Part shown: in pieces, positions 50,582 through 63,149 of the stretch | How positions within the stretch are numbered: the stretch's first letter is position 1 | How the letters are laid out: every line of letters starts with the position of its first letter | Origin: Dudresnaya verticillata | Taxonomy: Eukaryota | Length of the DNA: 64,000 bases | Assembly: GCA_977862235.1 (NCBI GenBank) | Contig: OZ374559.1 | Location: 310,001-374,000 of the forward strand | Direction: 5' to 3' | Notes under the pieces: model-generated | Database searches by the model: none | Told to the model about the DNA's origin: nothing | The model's input: only the letters and a program-made list of their open reading frames with translations | Program-made: the position numbers and the translations under genes

Positions 50582-51322
50582 CTCCTACACTGTTACTGCT
50601 TCAAAACCATTCTAGCAGTGAAAACGAAGCCATTTTACTGTACCGGAAACCAGTCTTCGGGGCCTGCGGGCGCAGGAGTATGTGCAGTCACTACAACTCA
50701 CTTTTGCCCAGACAGGAAGAGCTAGAGGCACCATAGTGATGACCATACAGAGTTGAAAAGCGCGCATTCTCGCGGGAATCACAAGGCAAGTATAGCTCGC
50801 GGCATATCTCACGGTAGGAATGTTTCCAACGCATATGCGTATGAAGTCGCACCAGAATTATTGGTAATGCCCTCGTCGTACTCAATCCTTCCCCCATATG
50901 TTTCAGACCGGGAGCAGAAACGCTCCTACTGAGAACTTCGTTGATCCCGTTGCCGGTAATAGCACTGTACAGAGGCCGGTATGTCCATCAGTTTCAGAAC
51001 TGTGAACCACGTCATGGGAATCTGAAGGAGGTTTCCTGACAATGTGCAGACACATGTCATGTGTCCTCCGTTTCCGCGATGTTTTATGGCTATAAAAAAG
51101 TCGTGAAAAGTGTGGACACGCCCTTTCCGTGTCACAACCCGGTTATAGCACTTTAATACTGTGCTTCCACATACGTGAAAAAATTAAAGTCTGCTGCGGG
51201 AGACTTGTACGGCATTCCGAACTCTCCAGATCTTACAAGATGGCACATGTCGAAGGCCCCTAGCCCACGAATTGGTCGCGTTCTGGCCAGCACGAGGAAA
51301 GTGACCTTGGTGCACGTTAGAG

Positions 51323-52193
51323 ATGGGCGACATCACACAGGCCATCGAAGTGGACGAGGCGATAGAAATCAGCAGTGATGAAGAAGAGAGTGACCCCGAA
51401 CACTCAGCAGGGAGTCCTGATTCGAGGACAGGCGCAGGTCAGGAAACAGAATGTAACAAAGAGGAATCTGCAACGTCTGGGAAGGGCAGAATGCATATTC
51501 TCGACCTTCATAAGTACTGCCAGCCTGGGGAGACACTTGAGGAGGCTGTGCAGTGAATCGGAGAGTATGTCATTGTTCGAGAAGTGAGCAGTGCCATCGA
51601 GGAGAAGAAGGAGGTACTCGGCCTTGCCGACCTCGGTGTGCGCCTCTACGACAGAAGTAATTTCAAAGAGCTCTACGAACGTGTGTACGGGGCAGAATCA
51701 ACACAGTCAGGACCAAAATCATGTTCAGAGCGTTTCTTCAGGGGGGAATACAAGTTCGCGTACAACGGGCGGGAATGGCAGGAGTTCAAGAGGCGCAGTA
51801 AGAAAGTAAACTCTGCGACACGTGGATCGATCCGCACTGCGGTTGCATGGATGAGGTTAAGAATGGAGAACAGAAAGAACCACCAAGGCTGGCAAAAATC
51901 ATCCGCAGGCGATACAATTGCTGCAGGCATGCAGCAAAGATGAGAGAAAGCATCAAGGACATTGGGACTATCCCGTACGAGTACTACAGAAGGTGAAGTT
52001 TAGATACGATAAAGGTGACGTTTTCGCAGCAGCGTGCAATGGCGACGGACGGTGTGCATTGCGATACCGCTGGTTCGAGACAGAAGGTGAGCACAGGAGC
52101 AGAGTGGGAGCGAATTACGGGGTCTTGGGTGTACACCCACGTGGGACGGCAGCGATAAGGGGAAGTGGCGCGAGGCGGACTGAGGAGGGATGA
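51323..52193 (+). pseudogene. Unknown gene divergent from the methyltransferase gene
   Basis: ORFs 51323-51556 and 51584-51943 are in frame across one TGA; acidic N-terminus; no family recognised. Confidence 0.35.
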
Positions 52194-52514
52194 AGCGAGG
52201 GTACTGTTAAAGTCTGTCAGTGCATGTCCTGACTGCAGTGCTTGTGCGCAGGATTGACACATGGAGGTAGAGCGACCATGCGCAGTGAGCAGGGACGCCT
52301 AGCAAGGACGTCAAGTGGCTGTTGGGCAAGCACGGTCGCCGCGCAGGGACGCCCTTCAGGTACCTGACGTCATGTACAGGGGCGACGCGGGCAGGCCGGG
52401 TGCGCGGATGCGCGAAGGGCTGGCACTTTGGGCAGGGGAGGGGAGCAGGGGCGACGACAATTGTGCGCGCGGCATTGTACAGGGGCGGCGAGCGGGGGTG
52501 ACGGCAATAGTTCG

Positions 52515-52628
52515 CGAGGCGTGGTGTGCGTGGCGTGGTGCAGGGGCGGCGTGGTGCGCGCCGCGTGGTGCGGGGACGGCGCGGTGCATGGACGGCGCGG
52601 TGCAGGGACGGCGCGGTGCAGGGGCGGC
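52515..52628 (+). repeat. GC-rich ~15-bp subterminal minisatellite
   Basis: ggcg(c/t)ggtgcaggg(a/g)c-like units in tandem next to the right TIR. Confidence 0.75.
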
Positions 52629-52929
52629 GGGCGGGGGCAACAGCGGTGGTGCAGCGAGTGCGCTGGCGTCCCTGCTGCCGCACAGGGCGAGGGAAAATCT
52701 AATTAAAATTGTTTACAGAAATTCGGAAAAGTGTGAAACTTTCGGAAACGTTTGGGGGGTGTACAGACTGTGTTTAGTGCGCCGCAACTTCTGAACTAGT
52801 TACGCTACAGACAAACGGATGCCACCGTTGTTCTTAGCGCACGCTCCCGGTTCCATAGAGCGAAAGAAACCGGGGTACAATTTGGTACTGTTTTGCAAAG
52901 TTGATTCTGAATATCTCGAAAGTAGTGGT
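52610..52929 (-). repeat. Right TIR of element B
   Basis: Reverse complement of 43877-44190. Confidence 0.9.
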
Positions 52930-53252
52930 CGTTGCGGACAGGGTGGCAAGTAACGTTACAGTGTGACCAAAGGTAAACGACCGTTACAATTTTCGAATCG
53001 AAATGGTTTCCCGCCCGGGGGCTGTCGATGGGGACGAGATCATCATGGTCCCCATCATCGCCCATCGCCCCTCCCCGCCATCGCCTATCGCACCTCACTC
53101 ATCGCGGGCATCCCACCGACGTCCTACCCTCCCACCCGCTCGCCGCTACTGCTCACCGCTAGCTCCACCCGCTCACCGCTCAATCGATTGACAGCTGGGT
53201 GGTTCCACTCACGTGCCGCTCACGAGGTCACGAGGCCCCAGCCACAGAGACG

Positions 53253-56200
53253 ATGGAGGCTCGCAGAGCCACGTGGCAGTCCGAAGCTCAACACAGACGT
53301 AAAACCCTTCGACGGGTCACTGAAGCTGGATGTCTGAGGAGGGAGACTGACCGGCAGCTCTTTCTGTCATAATATGATCTATTTAAGAAGAAGGGGCTCC
53401 CACTGGACAGGCATCATTGGATAAGCCTAGTATTCGAGGACAGAATGCTGAGTACATTTCTACTGGAGGCATCACTACTCCAGCTCGAATTTGAGGGTTC
53501 TGTGGTTATCCCGAGACAAGGATTCTCGATAATGCTCCGCATTCAAGCCACAAACAGGCCTTGTGAGCTACATGAAGCCCTTTCAAGCTTCTCTGGGGCT
53601 CCAGTTCTCGCCAGTAGCACACAACACACTCGGATTGTCATTCCAACATGCAATGTTACTCATTGGGGTGTTTTAATCGTAGAGGTCACTTCAAGAATCA
53701 ACGCGAGTGTGATTCCTCGGGAAAATCTCATGGAAACGGCACCGTAATGTGGAGCGATGGATTGGGTTATTCACGCAGGCTGGGGGAGCAAAAGATGCTG
53801 CTATCCATCCTTCTATTGCTTCTGCGAAAGGAATTTCCGTGTATCACGTGGGATGCATCGCCACACAACTGGATCACGCATCGCAAAGAACTAGGTTACG
53901 CAACACTGGAAGATGGATACAGCTGTGGATTCTATACCCTGGCTGCAATATGCTCTTTGGCATTGAAGAACGGCAGAGAGCACTTTTCCCACATACAGCA
54001 AACATTCTACAAGCCGTATTACAGCGCGACTATTTCGAAATCGATTCGCGACGCTTGTTTGCTCTCTGCATTTCAGGCTCTCAAGTCGGGAACCGGCCAA
54101 TCGTGTACCGGGGCTGAAACACGCCCGGATATGTATGCGGACAGGAAAATGATGGCATATATCCGCAGTACTTGTAAATGGCCCCAGAAGACTATTCTAC
54201 CTCCCTATACAAGGCCCATTCTCGTGGACAGCGGCAATGAGAAGCGCACGGATGAACTGAGCAAAACTGATCACTGCGAGAAGCAACTTAGCAGGCATAA
54301 ATCCCGGCATTCCGCCAAGGCACCTGCGGCAGACTTGCCCGAGCCGGCTCGCCCAACATCGCCTGCGGAAACTGAGCATATTTCGCCTGCGGCAACGAAG
54401 CCCGGTGCCATTAATGGCAATGAGAAATGCACGTCGTCGATATCTCTTGGCACGGGAACTAGAAAATCGCCACCGCGGATGTCTCAAGACTGCATCCCCG
54501 GTACTAGTACGCTCTTGCGACAATTCAGCCCGGCACCAGGGCATACATTGCAACCCTCTCCTGAAATGGCTCTGACATGGATTTCAAAGGCCGTCTACCG
54601 CAACACGCTGACCAAGGGAACGCTCCATGATTTGAGAGCATTAGTTTCCTCCTGGGACAGCGACCACGAGGCGAAACCGCGTCCGAGGCACCTCTTGCCG
54701 AAGCCATGCACACACGTCGTCGCGACACTGTCAGCCCTTCCCTTTCCGAAAATTCGGTAGCGGCAGCGGCATCATCTCTGCTCTGTGGAAAAGAGGCTTC
54801 GCCCGCCATTCCGCAGCATTCGGGCCAGCTAGCGCTAGCGGCAGCGGCATCACCTCTACTCCATGCAGAAGAGCTCTTGGCTTCGCCCCCCGTTCCGCAG
54901 CAGTCGAGCCAGCTAGCCCCTAGCCTCCTCCCACCCATGGAAGGCTCAGCGCGGCAAAGACAGAGAAGAAGGCCGTATTACACCTACTAGATCGCACAAT
55001 GAACTGTGCAGAGTACGCCGCGGCATTTGCCAGAACCGGCTTCTATTTTGTGAAGACTTACATTCGCCCTGGTAAGGATGGTATTCATGATTGGAATGTT
55101 CGATTTCAATTTCGATTTCGATGGAAATCGATGAGGCGTTTGGGCCGGGTGCAAAAACATTCACGATGAGCACATTCATCCCGCAGAGCCTCATAATGAA
55201 ATACATTCGTATGAGAAGAGGTTGGAGGCAGTTTACAAGAGCAAAACACTCCGGGAGCTTCATGGAGTTCATAGCAGTGGTAATCCGATACCTTTTCAGA
55301 TTGAGACACGGGGGGCAGACCCCCCTCGAAGCCGAACCGAGCATATATTCTGCCAATCCCACCCAGTCCTTCTTCGGGGGCCGTTAGCGGGAGTATAATG
55401 CCATCTGCAACCCCAGAACCCAAACGGATACTGATTTATAGTACTAATTCTGTCGAAATTGTCGGCCAGGAGGACTCTGAGAGCTTGGGCATGAATTTAT
55501 TAGGCCCAATACAATCCCAGGCCCCAGGTTCCGGAGGCTCTAACCCGGGACTTATTGCCGAACGTGAGGAGTTGTGCTCACCTTCCCTGGTTTTCGAGTC
55601 CCGTTCAAGCCCAACCGAGGATCTCAAAGCGTGTATTCAGACATTAATGTTATATTGTAAGCCTGGTAAACGGGGTTCAGAGTTGCGAAGGGACCTCGAG
55701 TTCATTTGCATTAGTTTTGGTCTGGACATGAAGTTGAAGCGCTCTCACTGGGATGAGATTGATGGATCAAAAGAGATTGACCGTTGTTTCTACACTTTCG
55801 CCCGAGAACATGTGGACAACTGTCCTTTCTGGTTCCGTTTGAATAGCTCATGGGTAATGCCTGATGATGTCGACTCACCGGGCGGCGATATTTCAATGCG
55901 ACAAGTTCGCAAATACAACATCAGTCTCCATGACATCAATCACTCGCACCAACCTATTGCGTCCCCCAAGCTCAAATATGTTCTACCTAGCTCTATATTC
56001 AAAGAAGCGGAGGATATGCACAACGCAGCTTTTGTGAGCTTTTCCGACGTTGTTCGATTTCTGGAGCACAAATACGGCTTTATGGTGGACAGTCGCCGTC
56101 TACAGAGAAATCTTTCAAGACAAGTTTCGATTGCAAACCCGAAGGAGCTATCTGCAATGCGGTTAGTTCAAAACTTCATGAACATCTGCAATGAGGATCA

Positions 56201-58176
56201 AGGGTCTTACTGCCGTCTTTCACGCATTGACGAGTCCGGTAGGCTGCAAGCAGTCGTTTGGGCCTTCTCTGAGTGGAGAGCAGATTATTTCCAGTTCGGG
56301 GTTGTCCCTGGGATATCCTTTGAGCAGCATCGCAATGCGTTTGAGCAAACATAATTTACTGCTTTGGGAGCAGAAGGAGTGCCGAGGTGGTATTTGACGT
56401 TATATAATAAGAACGCTAGCGCTCTGCTGGATTGCTACAACAAAAGTGCTTGTGAACTGCGATTCCTGTTCCAGGGAAGCGGGTATACGGAGTCTTCAAA
56501 CTCTGAGTATCGTTCGGCAATATGTGGCAGGAAGGTATCAATGGATTTGATTCCATCCGTTCTGTGTCAGATCAACCGGAAGCGGCGAGAAATGCCCCTA
56601 AGCGAAAGTATGAAGAATAGATCTTCCACATAATGTCTCAAGATCTCAGCCGCATTAGGTCTTGAAGGTGCAGCTATTGAATCATTCTGCAACCGTTTCA
56701 CGACGTACGCGTTGGATATGTTTCAGAGACACAGAGTAACGCAAATGGGGAGGTATTCCGTCCTTGAATCTTTTATAAAGTTGAGAGACCTTTCAAACAC
56801 TCCTTTGCATCCACCTGGAGCAAGCATATCCGGTGGGCATGAAGTGACAGTTTTCAAAGTGGGCTGGAGATATATCACTCAGACGTTTGCCGCACACGTT
56901 ACCGCACAAACCCCAACCCTCCCCTACTGCAGTAAGGTCTGCTGCCGTAGGTTCCCAAACCACACGACCCACAACAAAATGGGCATAACACTGCAGGAGG
57001 ACTTGCGATTCTAGAGAGCCTTCCATTGATGCCGCAGCGAAGTGCCGACTATCTTGAAGCGATAGTGGGATTTAGTGAACGCCTCTCCAGAAGTCAACAG
57101 CGATTTATAGAATCTTGGGAAGTACTGAACTACCTTAAGAGAGGGAAGATCATGGTTTTCAGTCGGCAGATATTCAGTCGGCAGTAGGCCGCGGCAACAA
57201 CACCGATGAAAATGACTTCCCGCGAGACACGCGTGCTGAATTCGACATTGCGTCGGAGAACCACACTCCAGAGGACTTCATAGCCGCACTGGTACAGCTG
57301 GACGAACGCCATCCCCTTCTTGACTACGACAGAACGTACGAGGTTGTTCTGCTTCGCACTGAAACAGGAATGAAGTACAGCTGTTCATGCAAAATGTCGA
57401 CCAGTACCGGGTTTCCATGCCCACATCTTCTTCGCATCACAGATGTGTTTGATGAGCTTAGAAGCCGTCGTGGAGGCTCAGAACTTGGTCGCATATTAGG
57501 ATGTGTCATTGATTTTCCCGCGTTGTTCTACCATTACTGTGAAGAGGACATGAATAAGTGGACAGAGGAAGATGTGCAGCGCCAACGCATGCGAATAACA
57601 GAAGACTGGAGAAGGCGCAATCCAGCGGCGGTGTCGGGTGTGGAGCTGGGAAAAGTCGCGCGATCAGTTCTCGACGAGGCGGCAGAGTGTCAGGGTCGCG
57701 TTTTTGTTACACCTGCTGAACAACAGGAAATACCAGACCGTGATGATGCCGATATGGACCCCGCGACACTGACCAGACTGTTCAGGAGAGAAAACGATTA
57801 CCAGGAATCGTATGCAGGAGCAACCAGCCTCGTCAGAGAAATGCTGAAGATGGCGGAAAATAGAGGAGGAAACATGAGGACTGAGTTGTTCTTCTTCCTC
57901 CAACGCGAGTGCCAGGCAATGAGGGATGGGCAATCAACACTGAAGAATTATTCGTGCGCTCAACCAAGGAGGGCCCCTACAGCGCTTACTGACTTTGAAG
58001 CACGAGGGGATGAGGGGGATACTGTGCAGAACCCCAATGAAATTCGGGGTCGGCGGGGCAGTAGCCAGCGCAGGCATAGGAGTTCACTTGAGGCACCGCG
58101 TAGACGAAGGTGCGTGGATAACCGAGCGGGCGCGCAAGCAGCACAGCAGTCACAAACGTCACAGCGTCAAACTTAA
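53253..58176 (+). pseudogene. Ulp1-MULE transposase fusion, paralog of 12624-17960, lacking the DDE core
   Basis: VTHWGVLIV, EDGYSCGFY, EAEDMHN..FSDVVRFLEHKYGF, QGSGYTESSNSEYR, YSCSC..GFPCPH align with MULE-1. Confidence 0.88.
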
Positions 58177-59208
58177 CAATCTTAAACGAAATATGCGATC
58201 CTCGTACACGCTTACGTACGCGCACGAACGCGACAGAAGCTTCTGGTAGGTGGAGACGAGGTGGAGACAGAGACCCATCTTGGGGCATCATTGCAAGGCT
58301 TTCTTAGGATTACTATAGTACGCACATGGGATAAAGTATGGTCTTCACATTATGCCCACTTAGTCTCCACTGACGTGAAAATGTATGCATCTCGTCCTTA
58401 CTTGCGTTCTCGCAATTGCACGAAAGAGCCATGGATTCCATCGTCCCCACGCCAGTTCTGAACTGGCATGGGGACGTCTCCACCTCGTCTCCAAGTCTAG
58501 CTGCACAGACTACATAGAGCTGCGAGGTCCTCCAGGGCTACCATTACTTCTTGCCTGGACAAGGTTTTCCATTTACAAGCGGTGATCACCTCTTCATGTC
58601 GACATGCAAGCACTGTAGTGGGCCTTATCCCCAAAGGCGGTCTCTACCGCATCCACGTCTACATTGAAACGATCTACTTACGATATTACTGGTTTGTAGT
58701 GGAGGACGCTTTCGCCTTAGAGCCACGGGTGCGACCGTGTCGCGGACACAAAGACTTTCCAACAGAATTCGAGGCTCTTTCGTCATCACGAGATCGCGTA
58801 TCATCCTGTTTCGAGCCTCTCGCAATGTGAAGGCCATCCTCCTTATCCCTATGCGAAGAGTCTTCCTTTGCTGTCTTAACAGCACTGTTTCGAATCGGCT
58901 TTTTCAGCACTTTGACCGGGACGGAGAGCAGCACAGGAAACTTACGTTTGATAACTTCTGCCTTTTCTCCCATGTCCGCAGTTGTCTTTGCAGTGCCCTT
59001 GCCATCGGGACGGGCTGGAGCTCTCTTGGCCCCATCATCTGCCTTTCCCGAGCCATCATTATTACCATTGACTTCATGAAGCGAGGGAGTTCCATAGAAT
59101 GCCTGTGCCTCGCTCGCCCCAGCTTGGGATCGCAGCCCAGGGGCGGAATGGCCCTTACAAGTGGGCTCGGGCGTTTTGCGTTCCAGCGCAGAGGCCTGCA
59201 CCATTACA

Positions 59209-60473
59209 CTAGTCAACACAGAACCGCATGGTGCCGTCCTTTTTTGGAACGGAAAACACGGGGCTGGCCCATTCCGATGAGGCTGGCTCAATTACCTTAG
59301 CGGAAAGCATGCAATCGATCTCTGTCTTTTCGAGATCTCGCTGCTTATGTCCGGCACGGTATGGGGCTTGATATACTGGCTTAGCTCCGGGAGTTAACTC
59401 GATGCGGTGCTTGGCAGCTGTAATGTTGCCAAGATCGCCACTCCACATCGACTTGTATTCCTCGAGTAGGGTTGAAATCCGTTTACGGAGCAATGCTTCT
59501 TCTGTACCGATCTGGACTTGATCCTTCCAGTCGGTAGTATTTGTAGTTTCCGTTACGGGTTTGCTTACTTCATTGTCGTGAGGGGAGAGGCTGCTGGCCT
59601 TTTCGGAGGTAAGGTTAGAATTAAATGATTGAATAATTCCTCCCCCTCCTTAAATGGAGGTATACCGTCAACGGTAAAAATAGCAGAAGGGGCAACAGTA
59701 GCGAGGCCCACGACAGTAGATTTGGGCAACCGTACCGGCTTGTTAGAAACATTAGAGACCCAGATCCGAAACGGTTTGTTAGGTACAACATCCATAATAC
59801 CATTAGCCATTAACGTAAGGTGCTTAAAAGCCGGCTTACGATGATTTTGTAGAAAGCATAACCCACCCGTGGGTATTAACCGTTACGGAGGTTTGAGTCA
59901 TAGGGGGAATAAGGGTAGATCTTGCTAAACGAAATTTCTGAGAAACAGTAGCGGTGGATAAGGATGAGGGCTGTAGGGTTGCGGCGGACCCGTCTTCGGA
60001 ATTTTGGCTAGACCAACAAGGGATACCGGGGGGTAATGGTGAAAAACAACTTTCCGTAACGGGGGAAGGACGGCCTTCACATAGCGGTCGATGAAGGTAG
60101 TCCCCAAGATACACGGAGCAGCTAAGTTCGCGACCACGAGGAAGTGGACGCGAGCGCGGAGCTCTCCGATACGGACAAAAAGTTGTATCTGAGCAAGGGG
60201 GCGGATAGTGCGATTAGATGCATCCCGTAGCGGAGGACTGGTGGCGGGGCGAATGAGGGGTAGCCATTGACGGGGAAGTCGCCTGGCACTAATGAGATTT
60301 GGCCCCGCGCCAGAGTCCAATACGGAGATTATAGGAAGCATCATTCTATCTGTCCGTCCCACGGTAATTTGAAGCTTATAATTTTGTTGTTGCATAACAC
60401 ATATAGGATCATTGGTCTGAAAAGCCAATGGGAGTTCCGTAACGGTATCTCGCCGATCCCCGGGCGAGTCCAC
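59209..60473 (-). pseudogene. pol: pol fragment: aspartic protease, linker and RT N-terminus
   Basis: SVLDSGAGPNLIS..ILGTTF; PYR..EIDCML..IEPASSEWASP; frameshifted; ends at FCVD*. Confidence 0.9.
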
Positions 60474-60783
60474 ACTAACGATAGGTGGAACGCCGTGAGG
60501 CGGGGATGGCGGCGCCCTTACGCGCCCCCCCTTGAGTTTTCCGAAATCAAGGGTGCACCAGTCGGATCCGCCTCCATCGGCTCGCGCAATTCGGCGTATT
60601 CCACTCCGTCATGGTCCTCCACCGATAATATCGGGCCATTCCGTTGCGGAGGGGGCGTTTGTGGCTTGCCCGGATTCCCTTGCGGATTCGAACTGGTTCC
60701 CACGAGAAACCTGCGGCCTACAGGGTAGTGCCTCTGGAAGTTGCTCTCAAGCTCTTCCATGAGCTTAACCCGATCGGCGTCGT

Positions 60784-63001
60784 TTATCCATGGGCAAACG
60801 ACATGTTCGGCGGAAAGACAGATGCGGCAATTGCCACTTCCGTAAAGGCGTCGGACCCGAGGATCCGACTCATCCCGTAGCGGAGGTGCTGGTTGCTGCT
60901 GTCCTCGCCCATCGTGGGCATTATTTCCGTAACGGTGACTCGGCTGCTGTTGGGGGCTAGGAGCCGGGCGAGGTACACCATAGGGGGGCCTTGCGCGCGT
61001 GGCATCCTGGGCGGCGTAGGGTGGACGCTTTGCGGGGGTGAAGAGTACGGGGTTGAAAAGGTAACCCCCGTACTTGTTCCCGTAGCGACACCGTGACCTC
61101 CCTCGACTGCTAGCACTTGATTATCCGTAGCGGAAAGATTCCCTTGCGACTCGTAGTGTACATTCGATACGGAATCCAGCGATAACACCTTAGACGGGCG
61201 TTCTTTAGTGCGCCCATCAAAGACGTGAGCCGGAACGGTTTTGCGTCGAGCTGCCCGATGGGACTGACCCAGGCCAGTCGCATAGCGAGTGATGGCCTGG
61301 TAATCCAGCTGTGAATGCGTTGCAAGATATTTTCGCATCTGTTGACGCGTCCCAGGTAGGAACCCCTCGACGAACAGTGACTTCAATGCCCGATCGGAAA
61401 ATACAGCACCGCAGCGGAGAGCCATTACCCAGAGTTGGTTATAGAACTGCTCTTCCGTCATGGCGGATGTTTGCCTGAAATTGCTGACATCCATATAGGC
61501 TTCAGCGATTACTTCATCCGTAGCGTACGTCCTCAGTAGGAAATTCACCACCGCGGAGTGAAAGCAGAGCATCTCAGCCTGCTCCACATCAACCGCCATG
61601 GTACCTCCAGCAAGCCTAGCCTGTAGAAGGGCTTCGGCTTGTTCTTTTAGGAAAAACTGGAAATACCAGACGGCAATCCCTTCGGGGATGCCATCGATAT
61701 TACAACTGTCACGGAACTTGGCGAGAAATCCCAAGACGGTAATAGGGTCCGTCCCATCGAATGTATGGGACGACATCTGGACGTTGAGTTTCTTCCGTAT
61801 ACGGCTCATGTTCTGAGAGAACTTAGAGCCGTACGTCTTACTCCTCTTATCCAATCGGTAGGTGCGGTAGTCCAGCGCCTTGACAAACTTGTCATGTAGC
61901 GGCCGGATTACCTTCACCTTTCCGGATTTGGTACCGTGTTTTCTGGCCCAGTGCCTGTTCTCTCTATCCGTTACGGAAGAACTCTCTGGGTCTGAATCCG
62001 TAGAGGAAGAGGAGTCATGTCTTTTATCGCGTTTCCGCGATTTTCTGTTTCTCCTCTTTCGGCGGCGGTGTTGGCTGTCCTCTGAGCTGCCCTCATTAGA
62101 TTCCGTACCGGATTGATTGCGTCGTCGCTGGGTGTGGGCGCCCATGTGCGACCGACGGGGCGGGTCAGAGCGGGGTTTCGGGCATCTCGATTATGCCGAC
62201 CTCGACCGGTCCTCCGGCTCCGATGGGGTGAGCTGGACGCATCGCTGAGATGGTCGCTGCCTCCACCTGATCGAACAGGAACGGCATAGCGCTCTTGCTG
62301 ATAGCGCCCTGGCGTAGGAACATCTACGTGTCCAGGAGAATACCGTGATGGTGGCTGAGTGTGTGTTGGTCCCGTAGGGGCGTATTGATGGTGCGAATCC
62401 GTTACGGGAGCCGGTGGTAGTTGCCCTGAGGGTACTGTACCCAGCTAAAATCCAATAACGGGGGTTTTTGCGGCTGCTGCGTTCTTCCCTCGACCGGGAA
62501 GTCATTCCGTAACGGTGGTTGCTCAGTAAAAGCTTCCGTAGCGGGAGGCCTTGCCATGCCGGGAGCAATCTGGCTCTCGAGCTCGGCGGCCACCTTTTCC
62601 TGTAGGATCAAAGCTTGCACTATCCGAGGAAGGTGCTGCTCCAGATAGGAATTAACCAAAGACGGAACAGTTTCCGGGAGGGATATCTCCACCTCTTTTA
62701 CCATTCCAGGTTGTACTTCCAATCGGAGATGCTCTAACACAAACACCCTAGGAAGGACCTCCGACCGGACCCAGTGGACCCGATGGGATTCCGGCTTGGG
62801 TTGCGGAGCTGCCTTCTTCGAGGCGTCTGATCCGATACGGGAACGGGGAGCTTTACCAGCAGCACCCTTAAGGATGTCTTCTGGGTTCTCCACTCCGGAA
62901 CGGATTTCACCTCCTTCACTGCGCAGACTTCGTGCAGCGGGGGTAGTGTCACCCACTTTAGGTTCCGTAACGGGAGGGCCTGCGTGTTCTTCGTTCTGCA
63001 T
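60784..63001 (-). pseudogene. gag: gag-like region
   Basis: ORFs 62402-63001 and 60784-62145 upstream of the protease; FDGTDPITVLGFLAKF..FRQ..E..FY..L..LFVEG resembles a retrotransposon capsid. Confidence 0.7.
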
Positions 63002-63128
63002 GATACCTTAACGGAACACAACGGTTGTTCTCGCTTGTCTATCCAATATTCCGTAACGGGTTGTCGGTACAGCCGAGTTCCTACCGTAGCGGATTTCGAC
63101 GGCTGTTTCTTCCAACCGTGACGGTGTT

Positions 63129-63144
63129 CTAGGTCGGGAGACCA
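63129..63144 (-). promoter_or_regulatory. Putative primer-binding site
   Basis: Minus strand TGGTCTCCCGACCTAG, 5 nt after the LTR end ...ACACCACA. Confidence 0.6.
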
Positions 63145-63149
63145 AAAGA

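Larger units (their letters stand above)
43877..52929. mobile_element. Element B: TIR DNA element of the same family as element A, 4-bp TSD CGTT
   Basis: ~310-bp TIRs (43877-~44190 and ~52610-52929); CGTT at 43873-43876 and 52930-52933; TIRs align with those of element A. Confidence 0.88.
43644..59208 (+). mobile_element. MULE-2 (related to MULE-1), interrupted by element B; right end not seen
   Basis: Start GGGGCGGTACCATCTCACCCTGGGTG resembles the MULE-1 terminus; Ulp1-transposase at 53253-58176; GTCTCCAC motif on both sides of element B. Confidence 0.65.

Noticed and set aside
43879..52927. Canonical CACTA/EnSpm classification
   Set aside because: No 2-3-bp TSD flanks CACTA...TAGTG; both elements give 4-bp TSDs only when two extra terminal bases are included, and no TnpD-like transposase was seen
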